A stretch of DNA of 40,856 nucleotides from a virus (lineage: Duplodnaviria; Heunggongvirae; Uroviricota; Caudoviricetes), in IMG/VR virus record IMGVR_UViG_2561511241_000004, positions 1 to 40,856 of that record. One strand, written 5' to 3'. Below are positions 16,606 through 26,517 of the stretch, in pieces. The notes beneath the pieces are model-generated. The model was not told where the DNA came from. It made no database searches and saw only the letters and a list, made by a program, of their open reading frames with translations. The number at the start of each line of letters is the position of its first letter. Position 1 is the stretch's first letter. A program made the translations under genes and the position numbers.

Positions 16606-16870
16606 CCTTCCCGGATTGCTGAATGTGGCGTTATGCACGGTTATCGTGCTGGCGCTCTTTTTTTATCGTCGCCGTGATTCCAGACATAAACCGCTGATGT
16701 CATGGCTGGCCTGGCTGCTGATGCTGCTGTATGCCTTTGCGCCCCTCAGCTATCTGTGTGGTCGCCCGTTAGCAACGGGCTGGCCTGAAGTGTTTTTTAA
16801 TCTGCTGTTCTGCGTGCTGGTGATACGCGCGCGCGGGAACGTCACAAAAATCTTTCCATTGTTGAGGTGA
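16595..16870 (+). CDS. small membrane protein (second holin/antiholin-like component), 91 aa
   Basis: GGAGGAGG RBS; two or three hydrophobic helices; overlaps neighbours on both sides. Confidence 0.45.
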   Translation: MLSNLPGLLNVALCTVIVLALFFYRRRDSRHKPLMSWLAWLLMLLYAFAPLSYLCGRPLATGWPEVFFNLLFCVLVIRARGNVTKIFPLLR

Positions 16871-16872
16871 AT

Positions 16873-17250
16873 ATGTCGGGTAAATTCAGATTTAGTCGTC
16901 GCAGCGAAAAGAATCTGGAGGGCGTTAAACCACAGCTGGTTGCTGTCGTTCGCCGTGCGCTGGAGCTGACGGAGGTTGATTTCGGTATTACGGAAGGGCT
17001 GCGCACGAAAGAACGCCAGAAACAGCTGGTCGCGGAAGGGAAAAGCCAGACCATGAACAGCCGCCACCTGACCGGTGATGCGGTGGATGTTGTTGCCTGG
17101 GTTGGCAGCCAGGTGTCATGGGACTGGCCTCTGTACGAGAAAATAGCGCAGGCATTTAAGCAGGCTGCCGCAGAGCTGGGAACTGCCATCGAATGGGGCG
17201 GGGACTGGAAAACACTGAAAGACGGGCCTCACTTTCAGTTGAAACGCTGA
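16873..17250 (+). CDS. endolysin, L-alanyl-D-glutamate peptidase (peptidase M15, T5 Lys-like)
   Basis: Resembles T5 endolysin (VKPQL..., HLTGDAVD, GGDW...GPHFQL). Confidence 0.8.
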   Translation: MSGKFRFSRRSEKNLEGVKPQLVAVVRRALELTEVDFGITEGLRTKERQKQLVAEGKSQTMNSRHLTGDAVDVVAWVGSQVSWDWPLYEKIAQAFKQAAAELGTAIEWGGDWKTLKDGPHFQLKR

Positions 17251-17264
17251 TAACCAGGTGTGTT

Positions 17265-17447
17265 ATGAGCAGAAAACACTGGACACACAGAATGCCGCGA
17301 ACAACGGCGAAATGGGCACTGGTAGCGATACTAGTGCCTTTTTTCTTGGTGGGATGCGTCAGCATGGATAAGGCGCGCCAGCTTTTCGATATGGCTTCTC
17401 AGGTCTGCGAAATTGTCGACGGTGTTCGGCAGTGTCTGCAGAACTGA
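17265..17447 (+). CDS. small lipoprotein after the endolysin (possible o-spanin-like lysis accessory), 60 aa
   Basis: Signal peptide with LVGC lipobox; short mature peptide with two Cys; AGGTG RBS. Confidence 0.45.
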   Translation: MSRKHWTHRMPRTTAKWALVAILVPFFLVGCVSMDKARQLFDMASQVCEIVDGVRQCLQN

Positions 17448-17489
17448 ACGACGGTGAGAGCAGAATATTTTTTAGCGGAGCGAAGTTCT

Positions 17490-17840
17490 ATGCCATCACA
17501 AATCCCCCGCGCATGCCGTAAGCGTGGCTGCGCAGGCAAAACAACAGACATCTCTGGCTACTGCGATAAACATCGTGGTGAAGGCTGGGTACAGCATCAA
17601 CGCGGACTAAGTCGCCACCAGCGTGGCTATGGCACGAAATGGGATGCCATACGTGCGCGCATACTGAAGCGTGATAATCATCTGTGTCAGAACTGCCTGC
17701 GCGATGGGAGAGCCGTTGAAGCCAGAACTGTGGACCACATCATTCCGAAAGCTCATGGTGGCACGGATGCAGACAGTAATCTGCAGAGTCTGTGCTGGCC
17801 CTGCCATAAAGCAAAAACAGCGCGCGAACGCATTAATTGA
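17490..17840 (+). CDS. HNH endonuclease (packaging-associated)
   Basis: Cys pairs and HNH motif (VDHIIPKAHGG...N...CWPCH); immediately upstream of the terminase genes. Confidence 0.8.
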   Translation: MPSQIPRACRKRGCAGKTTDISGYCDKHRGEGWVQHQRGLSRHQRGYGTKWDAIRARILKRDNHLCQNCLRDGRAVEARTVDHIIPKAHGGTDADSNLQSLCWPCHKAKTARERIN

Positions 17841-17987
17841 TAACAGTTCCCATCTGTAGGGGAGGGGCGGGTCAAATCTCTGCAACCCTGGCAGCTCAGT
17901 ACCGCCGCCTGACCCTTCCTCACATCGCCGCAGGTTCGAAAACTTTTTTTGGAAATGTGAACAAACGATTGATAGGTAAGACCGATT

Positions 17988-18471
17988 ATGTCAGGACCTC
18001 CGAAAACTCCGCCACGCCTGCATTTGATTCGAGGCAACCCCTCAAAGCGCCCCGTTAAAAGACCACAAAAAAACCGCTAAAAAGGATGAAAAAGGTCTTC
18101 CTAAAATTCCGCAGCATTTAGGGGCTCAGGGGAAGTACTGGTTCAGGCGAATGGCGGAAGAGCTGAATGCGGAAGGGATCATTTCTCAGCTTGATGCGCG
18201 TGCGCTCGAGTTGCTGGTGGAAGCCTACACCGAATATCGGCATCACTGCGAAACACTCGATGTTGAGGGGTATACCTACCGCACGGAAACGCAGAGCGGT
18301 GATGTACTGATTAAGGCGCACCCCGCGGCGGCAATGAAAGCGGATGCCTGGAAGCGGATCCGGGCAATGCTTGCAGAGTTTGGTATGTCACCGGCAAGCC
18401 GGGCTAAAGTAAATATCGCCGGACCGGATGATGTTGATCCGCTGGCGGAGCTTTTAAAAGCGAGAGACTGA
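17988..18471 (+). CDS. terminase small subunit (P27 family), reading frame interrupted at an A7 run (18067-18073)
   Basis: N-terminus MSGPPKTPPRLHLIRGNPSKRPVKRPQK in one frame stops at 18078-18080; the remainder (...KKDEKGLPKIPQHLGAQGKYWFRRMAEEL...) is in the +1 frame; removing one A joins them. Confidence 0.65.
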
Positions 18472-20228
18472 TGGCAAAAGTGGCTGACGGGATCCGCTAC
18501 GCCGAACGTGTTGTTGCAGGAGAAATTGTTGCTGGCGAATTTGTCCGCTTGGCCTGCCAGCGTTTTCTTGATGATCTGAAGTACGGCGAAGAGCGGGGGA
18601 TTTATTTCAGTGAACCCCGTGCGCAGCACATCCTGAATTTCTACAAATTTGTGCCTCATGTAAAAGGGGCGCTGGCAGGCCAGCCCATTGAACTGATGGA
18701 CTGGCATGTATTTATCCTCATTAATATTTTTGGTTTTGTCATTCCGCTGGTGAATGAAGAGACCGGGGAAGTTGTCATGCGCAGCGATGGCAGCGGACGT
18801 CCGGTGATGGTGCGCCGGTTCCGGACGGCGTACAACGAAGTCGCCCGTAAAAACGCAAAATCAACTCTGTCATCGGGTATCGGCCTGTATATGACGGGGG
18901 CAGATGGTGAAGGCGGTGCTGAGGTGTATTCAGCCGCCACCACGCGTGACCAGGCCAGAATTGTGTTTGAAGACGCCAAAAATATGGTCAGAAAAGCCCG
19001 GTCGACACTCGGGCGGTTGTTTGATTTCAACAAGCTGGCGATTTACCAGGAGCAGAGCGCATCAAAATTTGAACCGCTTTCCTCGGATGCAAACAACCTG
19101 GATGGTCTGAACATCCACTGCGCCATTATTGATGAGCTGCATGCACATAAAACCCGCGACGTGTGGGACGTTCTGGAAACGGCAACCGGTGCCCGCCTGC
19201 AGTCCCTGTTATTTGGTATCACCACGGCAGGGTTTAACAAGGAAGGGATTTGTTACGAGCAGCGTGATTACGCCATCAAGGTATTGCGTGGCTATAACAG
19301 CGATGTGGAGGGCGCTGTAAAAGACGACTCCTACTTTGCGATTATTTACACCCTCGATGAGGGAGATGATCCGTTTGATGAAACGGTCTGGCAGAAAGCG
19401 AATCCCGGCCTGGGCATCTGTAAACGCTGGGATGATCTGCGTCGTCTGGCGAAAAAGGCGAAGGAGCAGGTTTCTGCGCGGGTGAATTTTTTTACCAAAC
19501 ACATGAATGTGTGGGTCACTGCCGAATCTGCCTGGATGGACATGATTAAGTGGGAGAAGTGCGAATACATCGCTCCACAGCATGAGCTGAAAACGTATCC
19601 CATGTGGGTCGGCGTCGACCTTGCTCATAAGATTGATATCTGTGCGGCGGCAAAACTCTGGCGAACGGATAACGGGCATGTTCATGCCGATTTTAAATTC
19701 TGGCTTCCGGAAGGGCGACTGGAACGGTGTTCACGGCAGCAGGCAGAACTTTACCGGAAGTGGGCAGAGATGGGGAAGCTCATCCTGACGGATGGTGATG
19801 TTATCGATCATGCTCAGATAAAAAGTGACTTACTGGAATGGATTGGCGGTGAAAACCTCAGGGAACTGGGATTTGACCCGTGGAGCGCAATGCAGTTCAG
19901 TCTGGCGCTGGCTGAAGAAGGGATACCGCTGGTGGAAGTTCCGCAGACGGTCCGCAATCTGTCAGAGGCTATGAAGGAAACGGAATCACTGGTTTATGCC
20001 GGACGTTTCCACCACAGCAATCATCCGGTCATGAACTGGATGATGTCTAACGTTACGGTAAAACCGGACAAAAACGACAATATCTTCCCGAATAAATCCA
20101 CGCCGGAAGCCAAAATCGACGGCCCTGTTGCGATGTTTACAGCAATGAGCCGGATGCTGGTCAATGGCGGTGAACCGGAGCCGGATCTGTCTGAGCATCT
20201 GGTCAGCGTTGGTATTCGCTCGCTTTAA
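18471..20228 (+). CDS. terminase large subunit
   Basis: 585 aa with ATPase and nuclease regions typical of HK97-type large terminases; ATGA overlap with the small subunit. Confidence 0.9.
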   Translation: MAKVADGIRYAERVVAGEIVAGEFVRLACQRFLDDLKYGEERGIYFSEPRAQHILNFYKFVPHVKGALAGQPIELMDWHVFILINIFGFVIPLVNEETGEVVMRSDGSGRPVMVRRFRTAYNEVARKNAKSTLSSGIGLYMTGADGEGGAEVYSAATTRDQARIVFEDAKNMVRKARSTLGRLFDFNKLAIYQEQSASKFEPLSSDANNLDGLNIHCAIIDELHAHKTRDVWDVLETATGARLQSLLFGITTAGFNKEGICYEQRDYAIKVLRGYNSDVEGAVKDDSYFAIIYTLDEGDDPFDETVWQKANPGLGICKRWDDLRRLAKKAKEQVSARVNFFTKHMNVWVTAESAWMDMIKWEKCEYIAPQHELKTYPMWVGVDLAHKIDICAAAKLWRTDNGHVHADFKFWLPEGRLERCSRQQAELYRKWAEMGKLILTDGDVIDHAQIKSDLLEWIGGENLRELGFDPWSAMQFSLALAEEGIPLVEVPQTVRNLSEAMKETESLVYAGRFHHSNHPVMNWMMSNVTVKPDKNDNIFPNKSTPEAKIDGPVAMFTAMSRMLVNGGEPEPDLSEHLVSVGIRSL

Positions 20229-20239
20229 CCGAGGTCATT

Positions 20240-20422
20240 ATGTTTCTGATAATTCTCACACCACTGGTGGGCGTGCTGGGGGCGCTTTTGCTGTCGTACG
20301 GCGCATGGCTGATTTATCCCCCGGCAGGTTTTGTTGTTGCCGGGGCGCTGTGCCTGTGCTGGTCGTGGCTGGTTGCGCGTTATCTCGATCGCGGTCAGTG
20401 GGTCGCCTCCGGAGGTGAGTAA
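20240..20422 (+). CDS. small hydrophobic protein between terminase and portal (60 aa)
   Basis: GAGG RBS; two hydrophobic segments. Confidence 0.4.
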   Translation: MFLIILTPLVGVLGALLLSYGAWLIYPPAGFVVAGALCLCWSWLVARYLDRGQWVASGGE

Positions 20423-21663
20423 TGTTTTTCCAGGGGCTTTTTCAACGCAAAAATAACACTCCCGTTACAACACCCGGGATGCTTGCGGAAGAGCTGGGAT
20501 TGTCATACGACACCTATACCGGAAAGCGGATCAGCAGTCAGCGGGCCATGCGGCTGACGGCGGTGTATTCCTGCGTCAGAGTGCTGGCGGAGTCTGTTGG
20601 TATGCTGCCCTGCAGCCTCTACAAAATCACCGGCACCCTTAAAACACGGGCGGTGGATGAACGACTGCATAAGCTGATTTCGGCAAAACCCAATGGCTAC
20701 ATGACACCGCAGGAATTCTGGGAGCTGGTTATCGTCTGCCTGTGTCTGCGGGGTAATTTTTACGCTTACAAGGTGAAGGCGCTGGGAGAAGTGGTGGAGC
20801 TTCTTCCGATAGATCCGGGTTGTGTGGAGCCGAAGCTGAACTGTCAGTGGCAGCCGGTTTATCAGGTGACGTTTCCGGATGGTTCCGTGGATGTGCTGAC
20901 CCAGGATGAAATCTGGCATGTGCGTACTCTGACACTGGACGGGCTGGTCGGGCTGAATCCCATTGCATATGCGCGTGAGGCCATTTCACTGGCAGCGGCA
21001 ACTGAGGAGCACGGCGCCAGGCTGTTTGGTAACGGCGCTGTGACATCCGGTGTGTTGCGTACGGATCAACAACTTTCTGATCAGGCTTATGCGCGTATCA
21101 AAAAGGACTTTGAGGAACGGCATGTCGGGCTGGGAAATTCTCATCGTCCGATGATTCTGGAAATGGGGCTGGACTGGAAAACGGTGGCACTGAATGCCGA
21201 GGACAGCCAGTTCCTGGAAACCCGTAAGTTTCAGCTGGAAGAAATCTGTCGTCTGTTCCGCGTGCCACTGCATATGGTGCAGAACACTGACCGCGCCACC
21301 TTCAACAATATTGAAGAGCTGGGGCTTGGTTTCATTAACTATTCCCTTGTGCCGTATCTGACCCGTATTGAACAGCGGATCAATACAGGGCTGGTCAGGG
21401 AGAGCAAGCAGGGGAAGTTTTACGCCAAATTTAATGCCGGAGCATTGTTGCGTGGCGACATGAAATCCCGCTTTGAAGCGTATGCCACGGGGATCAACTG
21501 GGGGATTTATTCCCCTAATGACTGCCGTGATCTGGAGGATATGAATCCTCGCCCGGGCGGTGATGTGTATCTGACACCGATGAACATGACCACCAGTCCC
21601 TCTGCTGGCGATGACAACGGTAAGAAAAAGGAGAGTGGAGATGCAGACAAAACAGCGTCTTGA
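20422..21663 (+). CDS. portal protein (HK97 family)
   Basis: 413 aa; position and sequence character of HK97-type portals. Confidence 0.9.
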   Translation: MFFQGLFQRKNNTPVTTPGMLAEELGLSYDTYTGKRISSQRAMRLTAVYSCVRVLAESVGMLPCSLYKITGTLKTRAVDERLHKLISAKPNGYMTPQEFWELVIVCLCLRGNFYAYKVKALGEVVELLPIDPGCVEPKLNCQWQPVYQVTFPDGSVDVLTQDEIWHVRTLTLDGLVGLNPIAYAREAISLAAATEEHGARLFGNGAVTSGVLRTDQQLSDQAYARIKKDFEERHVGLGNSHRPMILEMGLDWKTVALNAEDSQFLETRKFQLEEICRLFRVPLHMVQNTDRATFNNIEELGLGFINYSLVPYLTRIEQRINTGLVRESKQGKFYAKFNAGALLRGDMKSRFEAYATGINWGIYSPNDCRDLEDMNPRPGGDVYLTPMNMTTSPSAGDDNGKKKESGDADKTAS

Positions 21664-22291
21664 TATACCGCTGAACCTGAAATCCGTCAGTGATTCCGGG
21701 GAATTTGAAGGTTACGGTTCTGTTTTTGGTGTTAAGGACAGCCACGATGATGTGGTGGTCCCCGGTGCCTTTACCACAACACTCCAGAAATGGAGCGAAA
21801 AAAAGGCGCTGCCTGCGTTGCTCTGGCAGCACCGTATGGATGAGCCCATCGGTGTGTACACCGAAATGAAAGAAGATGATGTCGGGCTTTATGTCAGGGG
21901 GCGATTACTCGTTGATGATGATCCCCTGGCAAAACGTGCACATGCCCATATGAAGGCCGGTTCTTTAACCGGCCTTTCTATTGGCTACATCCTGAAAGAC
22001 TGGGAGTACGACCGTGAAAAAGGGGTATTCCTGCTGAAAGAGATCGACCTGTGGGAGGTCAGTCTGGTGACGTTTCCTTGCAATGATGAGGCACGTATCA
22101 GCGATGTGAAAAATGCGCTGGCGCGTGGGGAGATCCCTGATCAGAAAATTATTGAGCGGGTCCTGCGCGATGTTGGACTCTCGCGAACCCAGGCCAAAGC
22201 ATTCATGGCCGGGGGATATGGCGCTTTATCCCTGCGTGATGCTGAGGATGTGGATGCCGCACTGAATGCACTGAAAAATCTTAAATTTTAA
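21641..22291 (+). CDS. prohead protease (HK97 family)
   Basis: GGAGAGTGGAG RBS; between portal and major capsid; overlaps the portal 3' end. Confidence 0.85.
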   Translation: MQTKQRLDIPLNLKSVSDSGEFEGYGSVFGVKDSHDDVVVPGAFTTTLQKWSEKKALPALLWQHRMDEPIGVYTEMKEDDVGLYVRGRLLVDDDPLAKRAHAHMKAGSLTGLSIGYILKDWEYDREKGVFLLKEIDLWEVSLVTFPCNDEARISDVKNALARGEIPDQKIIERVLRDVGLSRTQAKAFMAGGYGALSLRDAEDVDAALNALKNLKF

Positions 22292-22305
22292 CCAGGAGAA
22301 AAATA

Positions 22306-23529
22306 ATGGCTGACATTAAAGATGTGGAGCAGGTCGCGCAGGAGCTGCAGCAGAAGTTTGACGATTTTAAGGCAAAAAACGACAAGCGCATTGACGCGAT
22401 CGAACAGGAAAAAGGCAAGCTGGCCGAACAGGTGGAAAGCCTGAACGGGCAAATCAGCGAGCTGGAGAACCTGAAAAGCGATCTTGAGGCTGAACTGGCT
22501 GAAGTTAAACGTCCGGCAGGCGGCACGCAAAATAAAGTTGCCGGTGAACATAAAGAAGCGTTTATCGGTTTTATGCGCAAGGGGCGTGAAGACGGTCTGC
22601 GTGAGCTTGAGCGTAAGGCGCTGCAGGTGGGCAATGATGAAGATGGTGGTTATGCCATTCCGGAAGAACTGGATCGCACCATTCTGACGCTGCTGAAAGA
22701 TGAGGTGGTGATGCGCCAGGAAGCCACTGTGATCACCCTCGGTGGCTCGGATTATAAAAAACTGGTGAATCTGGGCGGCACAACGTCCGGATGGGTGGGG
22801 GAAACGGATGCACGTCCTGAAACCGCCACCTCAAAACTGGGTCTGATTGAACCCTTTATGGGGGAAATCTACGGCAACCCGCAGGCCACCCAGAAAATGC
22901 TCGATGATGCTTTCTTCAATGTGGAAGACTGGATCAACAGTGAACTGGCGCTGGAATTTGCCGAACAGGAAGAAATTGCCTTTACCAGTGGCGACGGCAG
23001 CAAAAAACCAAAAGGTTTTCTGGCTTATGAGTCCACTGATGAAGATGACAAGACCCGTGCATTTGGCAAACTTCAGCACATTGCTTCCGGTGCGGCTTCT
23101 GGCGTGACCGCCGATGCGATTATTAAACTGATTTACACCCTGCGCAAGGCGCACCGCAGCGGCGCGAAGTTCATGATGAACAACAGCAGCCTGTTTGCCA
23201 TTCGTCTGCTGAAGGATAACGACGGAAATTATCTGTGGCGTCCGGGTATTGAGCTGGGTCAGCCTTCTTCTCTGGCAGGGTATGGCATCGTTGAAAATGA
23301 GCAGATGCCGGATATTGCCGCCGATGCAAAAGCCATTGCGTTTGGTAATTTCAAACGTGGCTATACCATCGTTGATCGCATCGGCACCCGCATCCTGCGC
23401 GATCCTTACACCAACAAACCGTTTGTGGGCTTTTATACCACCAAACGAACCGGCGGTATGCTGGTGGATTCTCAGGCGATTAAGCTGATGAAAATTGGGG
23501 CTGCAACCCGCCAGAAAGCCGCTGCGTAA
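22306..23529 (+). CDS. major capsid protein (HK97 fold, with N-terminal coiled-coil delta domain)
   Basis: 407 aa; N-terminal heptad-rich region then capsid domain. Confidence 0.9.
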   Translation: MADIKDVEQVAQELQQKFDDFKAKNDKRIDAIEQEKGKLAEQVESLNGQISELENLKSDLEAELAEVKRPAGGTQNKVAGEHKEAFIGFMRKGREDGLRELERKALQVGNDEDGGYAIPEELDRTILTLLKDEVVMRQEATVITLGGSDYKKLVNLGGTTSGWVGETDARPETATSKLGLIEPFMGEIYGNPQATQKMLDDAFFNVEDWINSELALEFAEQEEIAFTSGDGSKKPKGFLAYESTDEDDKTRAFGKLQHIASGAASGVTADAIIKLIYTLRKAHRSGAKFMMNNSSLFAIRLLKDNDGNYLWRPGIELGQPSSLAGYGIVENEQMPDIAADAKAIAFGNFKRGYTIVDRIGTRILRDPYTNKPFVGFYTTKRTGGMLVDSQAIKLMKIGAATRQKAAA

Positions 23530-23574
23530 TGCGGTTTTTTTGTGCCCGCACAGTGTTGCGGGCAGGAGTTTCTG

Positions 23575-23892
23575 ATGGCAGCAATAGTGGAAAAACTCAG
23601 GGCGCAGTGCCGTATTGATACAGATGATGCAACTGATGATGAGTTACTGATGCTGTATTTCCGGGCGGCCTGCCGCAAGGCAGAAAATTTTATCAACCGT
23701 AAGCTTTATGAGGAGGCGGTGCCGGAAGGTGATCCTGAAGGGGTGCTTATAGCTGATGATGTTTTGCTGGCGCTCATGTTGCTGGTCGGACACTGGTACG
23801 AAAACCGGGAAAATTCCTCAGATGTCAGCAAGGTACCAGTCCCGTTTGGTTTTTCTTCTCTGCTGGAGCCTTATCGTTTTATTCCTTTGTAG
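23575..23892 (+). CDS. head-tail connector protein (gp6-like)
   Basis: AGGAG RBS; first gene after the major capsid; about 105 aa. Confidence 0.6.
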   Translation: MAAIVEKLRAQCRIDTDDATDDELLMLYFRAACRKAENFINRKLYEEAVPEGDPEGVLIADDVLLALMLLVGHWYENRENSSDVSKVPVPFGFSSLLEPYRFIPL

Positions 23893-23900
23893 GAGGAGGC

Positions 23901-24239
23901 ATGCAGGCGGGCAGATTACGTGATCGCGTAATTATTCTGAATGTCACCACCGCCCGCTCTCCGTCAGGGCATCCGGTGGAGACGGTGACGGAGGGAGCTA
24001 CCGTATGGGCAGAAGTTAAGGGTATCAGCGGGAGGGAGATAATCTCAGGTGGAGCAGAAACCGCTCAGGCTACGGTCAGAGTCTGGATGAGATTCCGGCG
24101 CGATGTGACAGCGACTTCACGTCTGAAAGTGCTGACCGGTGCATTTAAAGGGGCCATTCTGGGTATAGAAGGTCCACCAATACCGGATGCACGCGCCACC
24201 CGGCTTGAGATACTCTGTTCTCAGAAGGGGAATGTGTGA
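23901..24239 (+). CDS. head-tail joining / head closure protein
   Basis: GGAGGAGG RBS; size and position in an HK97-like head completion module. Confidence 0.55.
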   Translation: MQAGRLRDRVIILNVTTARSPSGHPVETVTEGATVWAEVKGISGREIISGGAETAQATVRVWMRFRRDVTATSRLKVLTGAFKGAILGIEGPPIPDARATRLEILCSQKGNV

Positions 24240-24685
24240 TGGATTTCAGTCTTGATTTTTCAGGTCTGGCGGATATTGCACGGGATCTGGAGACGCTCAG
24301 CAGGGCAGAAAACAATAAGGTACTGCGCGATGCCACCCGTGCCGGTGCTGAAGTTATGCGGGATGCAGTTGTTGAACGTGCGCCGGAGCGAACCGGGAAA
24401 CTGAAAAAAAATGTGGTTGTTCTCACTCAGCGTTCAAAGCGTCGGGGGGAAATTATCTCGGGTGTCCACATTCGCGGACGGAACCTGCGAACCGGAAACA
24501 GTGATAACAGCATGAAAGCCAGCGATCCCCGAAATGCGTTTTACTGGCGCTTTGTGGAGCTGGGAACGATAAACATGCCCGCGCATCCGTTCATTCGCCC
24601 GGCTTTCGATACGACAGAGGAACTGGCAGCACAGATTGCCATACAGCGAATGAATCAGGCTATTGATGAGGTCTTAAGTAAATGA
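24239..24685 (+). CDS. HK97 gp10-like tail component protein
   Basis: Size and synteny; ATG overlaps the upstream stop. Confidence 0.55.
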   Translation: MDFSLDFSGLADIARDLETLSRAENNKVLRDATRAGAEVMRDAVVERAPERTGKLKKNVVVLTQRSKRRGEIISGVHIRGRNLRTGNSDNSMKASDPRNAFYWRFVELGTINMPAHPFIRPAFDTTEELAAQIAIQRMNQAIDEVLSK

Positions 24686-25026
24686 GGGAAGCCACACTGT
24701 ATTCCCTGCTGTCTCAGCTGGCCGGAGGACAGGTTTATCCTTATGTGGTCCCGCTGACGGAGGGAAAGCCTGCGGTATCTCCGCCGTGGCTGGTGTTTTC
24801 TGTGGTGTCTGACACGGCATCTGATGTGCTTGATGGTCAGGCTGAATCCAGAATTACCGTGCAGATCGATGTCTGGGCGACAGTACCTGATGACGCAGAT
24901 AATATTCGTGAGCAGGCGCTTGATGCGGTAAGAAAACTGGCACCCTCCGTTATTTCTAAAACGCAGGGTTATGATCCTGACTCCCGTCTGAGCAGAGCCA
25001 CGCTTGAATTCCAGGTAATAGCCTGA
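24682..25026 (+). CDS. tail completion / tail terminator-like protein
   Basis: Size and synteny; ATGA overlap with the upstream gene. Confidence 0.5.
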   Translation: MREATLYSLLSQLAGGQVYPYVVPLTEGKPAVSPPWLVFSVVSDTASDVLDGQAESRITVQIDVWATVPDDADNIREQALDAVRKLAPSVISKTQGYDPDSRLSRATLEFQVIA

Positions 25027-25047
25027 GGTCATTAATGATTTTATCCA

Positions 25048-25069
25048 CCCGCCGCTGGCGGGTTTTTTA
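25048..25069 (+). terminator. terminator-like hairpin immediately upstream of the major tail gene (possible attenuator or mRNA stabiliser)
   Basis: cccgcc-gct-ggcggg followed by tttttt, then the major tail RBS. Confidence 0.35.
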
Positions 25070-25085
25070 TTTTCAGGAGACGAGT

Positions 25086-25790
25086 ATGTCCTCTAATTTT
25101 GAGCGTTCGCAACTGACGAAAATTATGATTTCGTCTGCACCGGTAACCGCAGAAACCCTGGATTCTGCCAGCTATCTTGGCCTGAGCTGTACAATCAAAG
25201 AGGTGCAGTTTACCGCAGGACAAAAGCAGGATATTGATGTCACCACGCTGTGTTCTGTTGAGCAGGAAAATATTAACGGCCTTGGTGCCGCGTCAGAGAT
25301 TTCCATGTCAGGCAACTTTTATCTCAATGCTGCCCAGAACGCGTTGCGCAGTGCCTATGACAATGACACCACGTATGGCTTTAAAGTTATTTTTCCGTCA
25401 GGCAACGGATTTACCTTTATGGCAGAGGTGCGTCAGCATACCTGGTCTGCAGGAACCAATGGTGTTGTGGCTGCAACGTTTTCCCTGCGTCTGAAAGGTA
25501 AACCTGTGCTGACGACAGAGCCGCTGAAAGTGAAAGTCGATTTAAACAGCACGCTGCAGGTTTCTGCCGGAGCGAAACTCGAAATGGTGGTTGAGGCTGC
25601 CGGTGGTGTGCCGCCTTATTCTTATGTCTGGAAGAAAGGTAGTTCTCCTGTTTCCGGACAGACGGCGGCAACGTTCAGTAAGGCATCAGCAGCATCAGGT
25701 GATGCCGGTGCGTATACCTGCGAGATTTCTGACTCAGCAAGCCCTGTTAACAAGGTGACCTCCACTTCCTGCACTGTTACCGTCAGTTAA
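25086..25790 (+). CDS. major tail protein with C-terminal Ig-like domain
   Basis: CAGGAGA RBS; lambda V-like position; C-terminal beta-rich region typical of Ig-like decoration domains. Confidence 0.75.
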   Translation: MSSNFERSQLTKIMISSAPVTAETLDSASYLGLSCTIKEVQFTAGQKQDIDVTTLCSVEQENINGLGAASEISMSGNFYLNAAQNALRSAYDNDTTYGFKVIFPSGNGFTFMAEVRQHTWSAGTNGVVAATFSLRLKGKPVLTTEPLKVKVDLNSTLQVSAGAKLEMVVEAAGGVPPYSYVWKKGSSPVSGQTAATFSKASAASGDAGAYTCEISDSASPVNKVTSTSCTVTVS

Positions 25791-26176
25791 TGAGGATAGA
25801 TGTGATGACTAAAAATATCCGCAATCTGGCACTGGCAACGATGTCGGGGTTTCGCCACAAAACTGTTGATGTGCCTGAATGGGAAGGGGCAACGGTTGTA
25901 TTACGGGAACCTTCTGCAGAAGCCTGGTTGCGCTGGCAGGAGATCGTTAAAGCAAAAGATGATGAGACACCGTTATCCGTTGCGGAGCGCGCCCGCCGAA
26001 ATCTGGAGGCAGATGTTGAACTGTTCATTGATGTTCTGTGTGATACCGGACTGCAACCTGTATTTTCAGAGGATGATCGTGAACGGGTGATTGCCGTGTA
26101 TGGCCCGGTGCATGCGCGGCTTCTTCGGCAGTCTCTGGAACTGATCAGTGATGCCGGCGAGGTTAAAAAAAAGTAG
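25790..26176 (+). CDS. tail assembly chaperone (lambda G-like)
   Basis: Ends ...GEVKKK at a slippery A-run; immediately followed by a -1 frame ORF. Confidence 0.7.
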   Translation: MRIDVMTKNIRNLALATMSGFRHKTVDVPEWEGATVVLREPSAEAWLRWQEIVKAKDDETPLSVAERARRNLEADVELFIDVLCDTGLQPVFSEDDRERVIAVYGPVHARLLRQSLELISDAGEVKKK

Positions 26177-26478
26177 CGCTTCCGGGGATGCGTTTTCTGA
26201 TGATGCTGGCGCTCAGGATGGGGCGCACATTGTCAGAGTTACGCCGGGAAATGTCCGCATCAGAAATCATGATGTGGGCAGAATTTGACAGGTTCAGCCC
26301 GCTGGGTGACGAGCGGGCTGATATCCGGGCTGCCCAGATAGTTTCTGCGGTTTACGGTGCGCAGGGTGTCAAAGTCCCACTGAATGATGCGCTTCTTCAG
26401 TGGGAACAAGAGCAGACAGAAGGCGTCTCAGATCCATTTGCCGGACTGGAAAACGCGCTTTTAATAGTGTCTCAGTGA
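25790..26478 (+). CDS. tail assembly chaperone G-T fusion made by programmed -1 ribosomal frameshift
   Basis: Heptamer A AAA AAG at 26167-26173; the -1 frame is open from 26167 to 26478 (KKVALPGMRFLMM...). Confidence 0.6.
26167..26173 (+). other. slippery heptamer A AAA AAG (-1 programmed frameshift site)
   Basis: Within an A8 run at the 3' end of the G-like gene; conserved lambdoid G/GT mechanism. Confidence 0.6.
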
Positions 26479-26486
26479 GTCAACAT

Positions 26487-26508
26487 AACCGCTTCGGCGG
26501 TTTTTTTC
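26487..26508 (+). terminator. terminator-like UUCG hairpin between the T and tape measure genes
   Basis: accgc-ttcg-gcggt followed by ttttttt. Confidence 0.35.
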
Positions 26509-26517
26509 GTCCGGAGA

